64,000 nt of DNA. Origin: Laetmonice hystrix (lineage: Eukaryota). The position numbers were made by a program, and so were the translations under genes. The notes below the pieces were generated by a model. That model was not told the DNA's origin. It was given only the letters and a program-made list of their open reading frames with translations, and ran no database searches. This document shows, in pieces, positions 38,101 to 50,100 of this stretch. Location: the NCBI GenBank assembly GCA_965235115.1, contig OZ249436.1:18850001-18914000 (forward strand). The letters run 5' to 3'. Positions within the stretch are counted from its first letter, which is position 1; every line of letters starts with the position of its first letter.

Positions 38101-41100
38101 CACATCTATAACCCCGTTTGTATTTATAGTTCAGATTTATGTAAATCAAGTTGTCACATGATTGTCTTGAGGCAGATTTTGCCATCCCTCTACCACCAAA
38201 TTATGCTACAATGAATTCGATTGTAATGATGTTGTCATAAAGTGTTGTAATTAGTCTAGGGAAAGGAGTGTTTCTGATTTTGATTAAGTTAAGGTTGACT
38301 AAGTTGAGAGAAACTTACAAACGTAGATAGCGTAAGAGTCTGTGCATGGGACTGGGTGTATGTAATATATAAGTAATACCCTTACCAAATCGACAAGGTC
38401 GTCGCCAGGATCAGTAACCCTTACTCTACACCAGCTCAACAACCAATCCCAGAGAGCCCCACCCTAATTAATTACGGACAGTAGCAACCCAGGCATTTAC
38501 TAAGAATTGTGTTTTGTTTTGAGATTTACCCCACCCATATTTTTTCGGTTGTTTTTACAGTACGTGTACATATTTCGTACAGCTCAAAGGTGTTGAAATT
38601 ATTTGTCATTTAATCAGATTTATGACTTTTTTGCAACACTCCGAATATTTGTTGAGCAAAACTTGGAAAATTAAGTCCCTGCCCGAAACTGAAGCCCCGC
38701 CCCTGCCCTGACCTGACATCACACACCCCACCCTAGCCTGGACGCCCACCTTGACCTGACGCCCCATCCCCACCCTGTCCTGGACGCCCACCTGACCTGA
38801 CGCCCCACCCCCACCCTGTCCAGGACGCCCACCTTGACCTGACGCCCCATCCCCACCCTGTCCAGGACGCCCACCTTGACCTGACGCCCCACCCCCACCC
38901 TGTCCAGGACGCCCACCTTGACCTGACGCCCCATCCCCACCCTGTCCAGGACGCCCACCTTGACCTGATGCCCCACCCCCGCCCTGTCCTGGACGCCCAC
39001 CTTGACCTGACGCCCCACCCCCACCCTGTCCAGGACGCCCACCTTGACCTGACGCCCCACCCCCGCCCTGACCTGGACGCCCGCCTTGACCTGACGCCCC
39101 ACCCCACCCCGCCCTGACCTGGACGCCCGCCCTGGCCCGATGTCAGCCCCCGCCCTAACCTGACACCCCACCCCTGCCGTAACCTAAAGCCCCGCCCTGA
39201 CCCGATGCCAGCCCCCCCCCCCCCCGTAATGACAACCCCCTGCGTTGATCTGACTAGAACCACTAATTGAATGCAGCAGTTGTGGCATGGATTCTGCCTG
39301 CTGTATTGTGCATGTCGCTGTCTTCTGACTGTGTCTATAACTTTGGTTCGTTGTAGGCCGGGGCAGACTACTGCAGCACCACCTTACTACAACCCCGACC
39401 AAAGGCTGCAAGGTTGGAATGCCGCATGGCAGGCGACTCCATTCAAACCCTCCCTCTCACTGTCTCTCTGTACAATTCCCCTTTGTTATGGTTCACTGTT
39501 TGTCATGTATGCTTCATTAAATCATGTAACATGTTAAGGGATAATACGATGGCTATACACCGACCATAATATAATAAACTGTACAATTAACACCAGAGCA
39601 ATGGGCCGGCCTCTAGCATAGCAATGGGCCGGCCGCCAGCACAGCAACGGCCCGGCCTCTTGCAATTCTGCGGCCGCGCCTTTATCAATGCTACGGCTTC
39701 TCCCTAAGCAATGCTACGGCCACGCTTTTCATACCGCGACTGCCACACTAATGACTTACAATAGACATTACATCACTACATAAGTAATATCAGCTTTAAA
39801 AATTATCTGTTCATTTTTCATAATACATGTATACATACATATTTTAAAGCGGTAAGGAACTGTGATAAAATATTTCTAAGCCATTCCTGTTTTTTGTTTT
39901 AAACGGTAAAGGTATGATAGCACATGGTTGTGGGGTGTCGGTGTTTTTACTAGGATAGTGCGGGAAACATTATCAGCAGAAGGGGGTGTGTACATGTCTG
40001 TGTAACAACGAATAACTTGTAAATCAATGTACAACACAATGCAATAATGCACTGCTTCTCATGTTCTATCTCTGGATGTAGAAATATGCCCTATCTTCCT
40101 CTCAATCTCAGACTTAAAACATTTCATCAACTTTAAATTTCTTGCAACAAACTATTCCTCTTCTCCAAGAAAACATTCACTCTTTGAAGATCACGAATAA
40201 CGTCCTGATGGTATTTATTTGTAGCACTGGATCAGTGATATTTTAGTTTCCACAAATTACATCTATCCACTTGTGACCACCTCACAGTATGTTATACTTA
40301 TTCTCAACACTACTGTCGCTTTAGACCCCTCACACCAGCCTGAAACACTTACAACACCACCATCACACCAGCCTGAAACACTTACAACACCACCATCACA
40401 CCAGCCTGAAACACTTACAACACCACCATCACACCAGCCTACAACACCACCATGACACCAGCCTGAAACACTTACAACACCACCATGACACCAGCCTGAA
40501 ACACTTACAACACCACCGTCACACCAGCCTGAAACACTTACAACACCACCATCACACCAGCCTGAAACACTTACAACACCACCATCACACCAGCCTGAAA
40601 CACTTACAACACCACCATCACACCAGCCTACAACACCACCGTCACACCAGCCTGAAACACTTACAACACCACCATCACACCAGCCTGAAACACTTACAAC
40701 ACCACCATCACACCAGCCTGAAACACTTACAACACCACCATCACACCAGACTGAAACACTTACAACACCACCATCACACCAGACTGAAACACTTACAACA
40801 CCACCATGACACCAGCCTGAAACACTTACAACACCACCGTCACACCAGCCTGAAACACTTACAACACCACCATCACACCAGCCTGAAACACTTACAACAC
40901 CACCATCACACCAGCCTGAAACACTTACAACACCACCATCACACCAGACTGAAACACTTACAACACCACCATCACACCAGCCTGAAACACTTACAACACC
41001 ACCATCACACCAGCCTGAAACACTTACAACACCACCATCACACCAGACTGAAACACTTACAACACCACCATCACACCAGCCTGAAACACTTACAACACCA

Positions 41101-44100
41101 CCGTCACACCAGCCTGAAACACTTACAACACCACCATCACACCAGCCTGAAACACTTACAACACCACCATCACACCAGCCTGAAACACTTACAACACCAC
41201 AAGACAGTTGTTGTGAAGAGTTCACGAAGTTCATGACCTCTGTTAATGTGTTTCAGGAGAGAACGCAGCCCTGACTTCTGATACCACCCAAGATATCACT
41301 GACGATGTAAGTGGCTGTACACATAACCAATGTTTTACACACAGAACAAGTTGTGCATTATTTTACTGAAAAGTTAAAAAATGGAATTCACAATGGTGTT
41401 CTGTATAAAATTATTATAAATAACCAGGATGCATTAAAGACTTAAAGAAATATTTGGGGTGTGTTTGAATCACACTGCTTCACGATATGTGACCGTATCT
41501 GTGACCCCTATAACGTCTGTCTGCTGTAGGAGGCGCCACCCCGTCCACCCCCGCCATGTTGGCGTCAGGCAGGCGTCACCCTCCTCCAGCCTGACGCCTG
41601 GCCACGTCCGCGTCACAATACGCCCACGTCTTCGGCAGACGCCCACCATCACCACAGTCCTCCGACCACCCCACCACACCAACATCACTACACACGTCGG
41701 CTGACACATGACCAACATCATTACGGTGGGAGGGACCCGAGTCCAGGTGGTACACCACACCGTTACACAAAGGACCCACTTTTCCCTGCTCTGCACAGTT
41801 ATGACGCTGATCTCTCCTGGCGGCGGCCAGGCCAGGCGGACCACAATCGCCACCTGGTGGCCGATAAAGAAATCAACAAAATGTCGCCACCTAGTGTCAG
41901 AGACGACACTGAGTCGGTGTTGGTTTCCAGCAGTTACTCCGACTTCCCACAAGCCTCCCAGTTCCTACGGCCTGCATCCTACCGACACTCGAAGGAAACT
42001 TCACCATTTAAAGATTCTGATACCGTTGACGGCATTAAGGATAGTGTTATACGAAACAAGAGGTATTACAGTACAGCTGTGAAAATGGAGGCTTCAAACC
42101 CTGAACTCATAGCACAACAAAACAAACCCTTCCCACTGCTAACTCCTCCCTTAGTTGTAAAAACTGTGGAACCCAATTCTCCCGATGGTCATATCTCTGA
42201 AACGCATGCCGTATGGGAAAAGTCGAAGGAACTTCAACCCCCGACAGAGAAAAGGTATTTGCCTGAATCTGTGACTGAGAACAGAACTGGGCTTACTGCG
42301 AGCTGGAGAGATTTCAAGTCAAAACAATTCCCTGGACAGGAGCCTGACCAGTCCCTGCCTGGAGGAAGGGAAGATGGTATTAATAGGAACAAAACAAGAA
42401 CAGCCAATTACAACCAAACTGTAAGACAACCGGAAGGTCGTCTGCTGAACATCAGCCAATCAGCACAGCCGTTACATTTCCATGGTCCTGACTGGGCCCC
42501 CAGGACTAAACATCATACCCATTGGAGGCCATCAAGTCCAATCGAAACAACTCAAGGACAAGAACTCTGGGAAACAAGTACAGCCCAGTCTGTTCAAGGT
42601 CATCGTTCAAGGTCACACACAAGCTGGAAAGACTCGGCCCCAAGGTCACCTCTTGAGTACAAAAAACATCCTTGGACAGTGTCAGGGCCTGAGCAAGGAA
42701 GGACAGGTGGCTGTCAAAGGTCAGCTGGTGATCTCCATGTTAAAGATGTCGATACTCCGGGCCCTCGGAGGTCAGCTGTTGATCTCCATGGCCCAGATGG
42801 CAGTACTCCAGGCCCTCGGAGGTCAGTTGTTGATCTCCATGGCCCAGATGGCAGTACTCCAGGCCCTCAGAGGTCAGCTGTTGATCTCCATGGCCCAGAT
42901 GGTGGTACCTCCGCAGGTCCTCAGATCTTGGCACGACTCACTCATGGACCGTTGCTGTTTAAGCCAGAGCAACGACCAAGCACAGAACTTAGTGGAGAGC
43001 AATCATTTCCAGGTCACAGTGCCCTGTACAAGCTGACCCGTGACAGTAGACAAACAGACACAGAGTGCGAAACAAGAGACCCCCAGGACCACCCGTATCA
43101 TCAGTCTGGGGAAGAGCCCTCGAAACTGGTGCACCTACCAGATCGACGACTACAGGCTTCACTTCAAGATAAAGAGGTTCAAAACCTACCTTTCTCCAAC
43201 CAGTCCAAGCAGGGTCACCAGACTAAGGTACACTTTGATGATCCTAATGATTACAGCCAGCATCCAGCAATAAAAGGTGGAGAACCCGGGAACTCGCCCC
43301 TGTCCCACATGCAGTGGGACAACTATAATAAACAGCCCCAGTACCCCAATAGACAGAGATTTCTCACTCATACTAGCATCGTCCATCCATCAGATTTACT
43401 TGAGGATGAGTTGGCTGTCCGGTGGCATGGTCTGCGGCGGAGTCAGCCTCCTGTCCCGCGAGACAGTGTCCCGTCAGAGCAAGGGATTGAATCAAATGTT
43501 ACCACTACCCACCCCAAGCCTCTCCAGCACCCACACCTCAAGCCTGTCCGCCAGTACCCTCTGGAAGAGTCCTCCAGAGCCGATCGCAGTGATGATGCGG
43601 ATAACCACCAAACATCGGATGACTCCGTGGACCGTGGGTTGCCATGGAAAGATTTACCAGGAGGTCACCACCAAGAGCACGTGTTTAGGTTCAACTTTGA
43701 TACCAAACCAACGGAAGTCTAACAGTAGTGGACATGAAGGGCCAGACTATATTTTTAGAGTGAGCCCCACAGCTTTTCTTTTAGGGGGTGGGGACAAACA
43801 CTAAGGAAACCGGGCAATGCCCAGAGGGATATGTCGGGAAGTGTCCCTTGTGTTGCTTCATATGCTGCGAGTCAAGTGTCCAGTCGCTGACATGAATTCA
43901 GCTGTTCTATGTTACACGCAGGCAGTTGTTCACAAACTACAATTCAGTGTTGCCTTCTTGTACTCCCATTTGTCAGTCCACACTAAAGAGGCACACTAAA
44001 CGTAGACTTTTTATCAAATTGCTCGCTTGTCGGCAGGGGAACTATCTTGAGTTTTAGCACATATCGTCCCGATAAGGGCATCATTCTCCACAATAAATAT

Positions 44101-47100
44101 CAGTTATATTTTAAGGATGACTGGAACGGGGAAATGAAATGGGAAATCTAGCTTAAGTAAGTCTACAATTGCACAAGAAGCTTTGCTTTTTAAACAAGAG
44201 TGATTGAAAACCTTTGCAAAGTGTCGATCCGACACTTTGTTGTAGAGTCAAGTTGATTTACCTATTAAAGAGGCTGCTGGTAATGTCTCACACCTTTAAT
44301 TACTGTCTGCTTGGGCAGCAGTACATTTAATAAACAATCATTTAATAAAAAAGGGAATGTTCAATAGAAAATTTCGCCTTGGCTTGGCCATCTGACAGCC
44401 AACATCTCTAATGTGTTACAGATTTGAGCAAATATAATGGAGATGAGATAGTTTGAGATGGCACTGCAGGGATTCAAGACTTGACGCCCACCTGTAATCA
44501 CTGAAAGCAAAATGTGAATGACAAGTAAAAGATTTTCAGGGTTTGAGGAAGAAGCACACACATTAGATGCCTCAAAAACAATAGTGATATTAGAAATAGT
44601 TGTCAGTTGTTTCTTTGTTTTTATATTATCGACTATGCAAAATCTGAACCACCACAATAGGTTGAATCGCCACTTGCCAGATGATCACAAACTGGCGTTT
44701 GATGAAAGGTCCCATGCACTATTTTGTCGGATAAGGTGGCCCAGACTCGGTGGCAATTTTCTTGGGTTCGGGGTTGATATGTGAATAGTGTTAAATATGT
44801 ACATAGTCATCAGTATTTATAGTGTAAGAAAGGAGCCATTTTTGCTGGTGCTTTAGGCATTGCCCTTTACAACTTAATCCGCCCCGTGAGTCAGTATTGT
44901 TGAAGGATAGAATCCATTTCAACAGAGTGTGGATCTCTGAATATCAACACCTTGTGCAGCTTTAGAAAACAGAAAACCAAAGTTTTTTCTCCAGAGCCAC
45001 GCTTATTTATAAACCTGGACGTTTTCTGATAAACCACTGCACAATCACAGAAACATATCACGAGGTCTCCAGTATCCAATCACAATGCTCAAGTATTGTT
45101 GAAGGGGTAAATAGGGAAGATCAAAGTCCATGTCTTCTGGAGATAAATATGAACACAAACCAGATGGAAATCGTAAGAAATCGTAAAAAGATTTGAGAAA
45201 TTCTCCTGCAGAGTCAAATGAAACAATATGAGAAAGGTGTGGTTCAAATCCAATATTTACTCAAAGAAGGTGCACTGATGAACAAAAGGTACTTATTTAA
45301 GAAAATAAAACTACTTAAGAAGAACAGTTTTGTATGTCAAATGGTCGTACAGTATCTGACCTGTTCATTCAGATTTCTATAAACCAAAGACATATCAAAA
45401 CAGAGAAAAATAAAAACTGGCACTGGTACAAATTATAGACCTCTACATAATATCCTATCAACCCAAAGTTAACTTTCTGATCCAACCAAAGTTTATCTTC
45501 CTGATCCAACTAAAGTTGATCTTTCTGCTCCAACCAAAGTTTATCTTCCTGCTCCAACCAAAGTTTATCTTCCTGATCCAACCAAAGTTTATCTTTCTGA
45601 TCCAACCAAAGTTATCTTCCTGCTCCAACCAAAGTTTACCCCCTGATCCAACCAAATTTTATCTTCTAGGTCAAACCAAAAATGATATTTCTAATCTGAT
45701 ATCTTATGAGAAAATCTAAACATCGAGTCCTCATCACAATGCAGTAATACAGCATGTGTTGCAAACAAACATTCTCAAACTGAATTCACTCTGCTTTGCG
45801 TTTCACCAATCTGGGAAACCTTGTTGGAGTTTCTTTAGTTTCTAATGCAATATCATGTTATGTGTTTGCTGAGCAAGCTGTTACACTAATTAAACTGTGT
45901 GGATCGTCCGTGCAATAAATATTGATTACCACGGTACAAACGTTTTTAGGTAATCCTTGATGAGACTAGAAGTTGGACTGCTATATTTTGTATGTAATAA
46001 AGAGACAAGAATACCTGTTGTATATCTTGGTGTCCAACCCATATCACAGCTGAGGAGAAAACTCGCATATCGAAAATCAGGTCCCAAACAAAATTACTGT
46101 TCTATAACATGTATATTTAACGATTCTTTCCTCACTAAAAAGGTACTACATAATCCAAATATGATATTGACCTATTTTCATAACTGCACACGGTAGTGGC
46201 TGTAGTAGTAGGAGGGAAGAACCAGACCAATACCTGGGCCCAAGTGGGATGGGTTCAGGGAAAGTTCATGTTGAAGTCAAAAGTCAGGTAACATTTGCAG
46301 CCAGAGTTAATCAGTGGAGCAAAGTCTCACCAAACTCCAGTCACAAGACACCCCTATCACTCTGACGCGCCGCTGTAGCTGGTAGCCAGAATCCTTCGTT
46401 GTGAAGGATAACTAATAAAATTGTTGCCATGTTAAACAGGATGCAGTTGAGTTGTGTTTTTATACAGTTCTATTTTGCCACATCTCATGATATATTACTA
46501 TTAGTTTAGAAATGCACACACAAATACAATAGTTCAATCCATGCACCAACACAATAGATACTTAAGTAATCAATTAAAATAACCCAGAAATATTAAGCTG
46601 TCAAATAAGATAATGCTCCTCGCTGCTCCCTACAATTTAATCCTTGTTACGGCACATGATTACAAACCTTACTTCTATAACCTGATCAAAGAAACTACCT
46701 TACAAGCAGTCCATTTTGTGTTAGGTCCATTTTTCAAACATCAGGAAGCCATTACAGAAGGTTAGTCTCATTTAAAATGCAAACCTTCGGTATTGTCCAT
46801 TTTGTGAGCAAAGTACAGAGGTAAAGAACCCTGCTTTGGTGTCTTTTTATCACGCTTGTGTTTTTTGTGTCAAACATACAATGAATGTGTCAATACTACT
46901 GAAAACTGTGGACAAAACATAGCCAACAGTCAACCCATTTCTGGCAATGATATTACAAACTACTTTTGGCCGGCATTGAATTTCTTCCGTTTTCAAAGAA
47001 AATGTTAAGCATCTTTCCAAGTCCTAAACCTGATACTTTAGACCTGTAAATGAAAACTGACCTTATCCTTGGAAGTTTTGGGCAGTATCTTGTGTGGGTC

Positions 47101-50100
47101 CTCGGGATCAGGGATACTGATGAAGAAACCAAGTACGTCGCCCTCCTTGTATCCTTCCTCACAGTAGTGCTTGCCCCGACTCTGATGGAAACTTGTTCCT
47201 TTCCTTGACCGCCATGAATAACTAAACTTGTCGTAACCACACGGTGCTTGCAGGTTGCCTGTGAGAGAATCATTCTGATCTGTAGTGATCTCCACACTCC
47301 ATGCTTCAATGTACCTTGAATGCATGCTTGAGCAGATTTTTAAGTTTTCTATGTTCATTAAATGAAAGATCTATCAATCAAAAATTTGATCTACACAACT
47401 GAACTTCTATTCATATATTTTCACACGACCAATACGGGGGTTTCCCTAAACTAGTTTATGTACAGTCACTGTGCTTGTTTGCTGAGTGGTCTGCAATCAC
47501 TGCTTCTTCCAGTTCAGTGAGTCATGGCCTGGCAGCAGTGAAAGAATTAGGGAAGTATTTGGCAGAAAGAGCTGTGTCATACAACAGGAGGACCAAAGGG
47601 CAACTTGTTTCACTGGCAACTGTGGCAGAGCAGTATATTCCCATTGAGCCCGTCGATCATGTATACTCGGACAGACAATGGTGGTGTGTCATACTGGATG
47701 TTGACACCGGAAGTCCCAGTGATTGCAGAAGTAGGCTTAAGGCACTGGCAGTGCCTAGCAGGTTTTGCATGAACTAGTTTATTATACATTATACATTGCG
47801 ACAGACCTTGAAATACAATTCTTATAATCCAAGACTTTTGAGGTCCTAGAAAATGACAGCATAAATTTCCTAATTTGGACCTCTGCGATTCGTGGTTGCA
47901 CAGAACTAGTCAGTGAGCCTACCTAGTTGTTGAGCCCATCCTATTCGTGTGGCTGCATCCTCTGGCATAGCAGACACCGTCACCTCGTAATACCATGATC
48001 CACGACTCACACCTGAGGGAATTAAACACACTCAGTGGTTGCTTGTCAAACAAAGTACTGTCAATGAAATCCTGAAATCACCTAAACCTGCAGTAAATCT
48101 CAGAGGAAATTGATAAAGTAATATGTTTAAAACCTAACTCCATAAAATCAAGGTTACCCTGAAATGACCATAAGAAAAGCACCCCAAACTCACCATGTGT
48201 CTCTCGCACCATGACCCTAAACTCACCATGTGTCGCTCACACCATGACCCCAAACTCACCATGTGTCACTCGCACCGTGACCCTAAACTCACCATGTGTC
48301 TCTCGCACCATGACCCTAAACTCACCATGTGTCTCTCGCACCATGACCCTAAACTCACCATGTGTCTCTCGCACCATGACCCTAAACTCACCATGTGTCG
48401 CTCGCACCATGACCCTAAACTCACCATGTGTCGCTCACACCATGACCCTAAACTCACCATGTGTCGCTCGCACCATGACCCTAAACTCACCATGTGTCGC
48501 TCGCACCATGACCCTAAACTCACCATGTGTCGCTCGCACCATGACCCTAAACTCACCATGTGTCGCTCACACCATGACCCTAAACTCACCATGTGTCTCT
48601 CGCACCATGACCCTAAACTCACCATGTGTCGCTCGCACCATGACCCTAAACTCACCATGTGTCGCTCGCACCATGACCCTAAACTCACCATGTGTCGCTC
48701 ACACCATGACCCTAAACTCACCATGTGTCGCTCACACCATGACCCTAAACTCCCCATGTGTCGCTCGCACCATGACCCTAAACTCACCATGTGTCGCTCG
48801 CACCATGACCCTAAACTCACCATGTGTTGCTCACACCATGACCCTAAACTCACCATGTGTCGCTCGCACCATGACCCTAAACTCACCATGTGTCGCTCAC
48901 ACCATGACCCTAAACTCACCATGTGTCGCTCGCACCATGACCCTAAACTCACCATGTGTCGCTCGCACCATGCAGTATCCTTTTTCACCAGACAGTATGG
49001 AGAGTCGATCATCAGACAATTTGAGTTGTGGAGCTAAAGTAAAAATAACCCTGATCAGATTGACAGAACAGCCCGATGCTGTCAAACATTTCATTAATAA
49101 ACGTTGCATGTTTTAATGGCTCTCTTAATGATTCATTACAGTATGACTGTTCAGACATCTTAAGTAATATTTTCATGCTTAGTGAATTTTTTTTATAAAT
49201 AAAGAATTATCCCTTCACTAAATCAAAGCTAAAAATACATTATGGTCATGATTTTACTGGACACTAAGCCACTTCAAACCATTTGAAAACATGAGAAGTT
49301 GGCTGCTAATCCATTCCATCATTCTCTGTAACATTCTACATAACAGCAGATAATTATCAGACAAAGACAAATGTCCAGACCTCGGTCGTGGAGGGCCATT
49401 AGAACCTGTGAACTCAGCCAGGTACGGTAGAGATAGCCAGGAATAGGTTTCCCTGCCCACTCAAGGCTGGCATCAAAGGCATCTCGGTTTGGTGCGTGTG
49501 GATCAGGTTCGGCCAAGATGTAACGGTAGCCGTCTTTGTTGTGAGGGTGTTCTGTTGGATAACCATTGGGGGCAACTCGCGTTGACATCACCTCCCTAGG
49601 AATGTCAACCAAACTTAATACACTTGGTGAACAATACTTGGCAAACAATAATCAAATGTCATGATCTGGTGTCCTGAACGCATCCAGTAACAATTGTTTT
49701 ATAATTATACAGGATGCCAACAGCAAGTCACTGCCAGGCCCCCATTGGTTCCAAGAGCTGAAAAAATGTGATTTCCTCAGTTCCACAGAATATTGGTATC
49801 CCTGTATAGACTCACAGTGACAGAAATTATCTGTAACTTGCAGTAATTGCTGTTTACTATACGACTCACCCTTTCTTTGGTTTCATTCCATATGAAGTTT
49901 GGAAAGTATCTCCTGGCAGTTTCCTCTTAGTTCCTCTTGTCTTTGTTTGTGATGGGACTAGAATATTAAAAAAGGACCATATTACCAAGCAAAGTTACAC
50001 AGATTTTTTTACGACTAATACAGAATCATTGCCATAAAAAAAATCCCCAGGAATGCCCCTCTAATTTAAGGGAAAAAAAGAACAAGGATGTGGTGGAGCT

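Noticed and set aside
40263..41234. 323-aa [11 protein letters not shown] repeat ORF
   Set aside because: 33-bp intronic minisatellite.
48195..49116. ORFs of 248-301 aa
   Set aside because: Translations of the 33-bp array; the real coding part is ASH2L exon 48953-49033.
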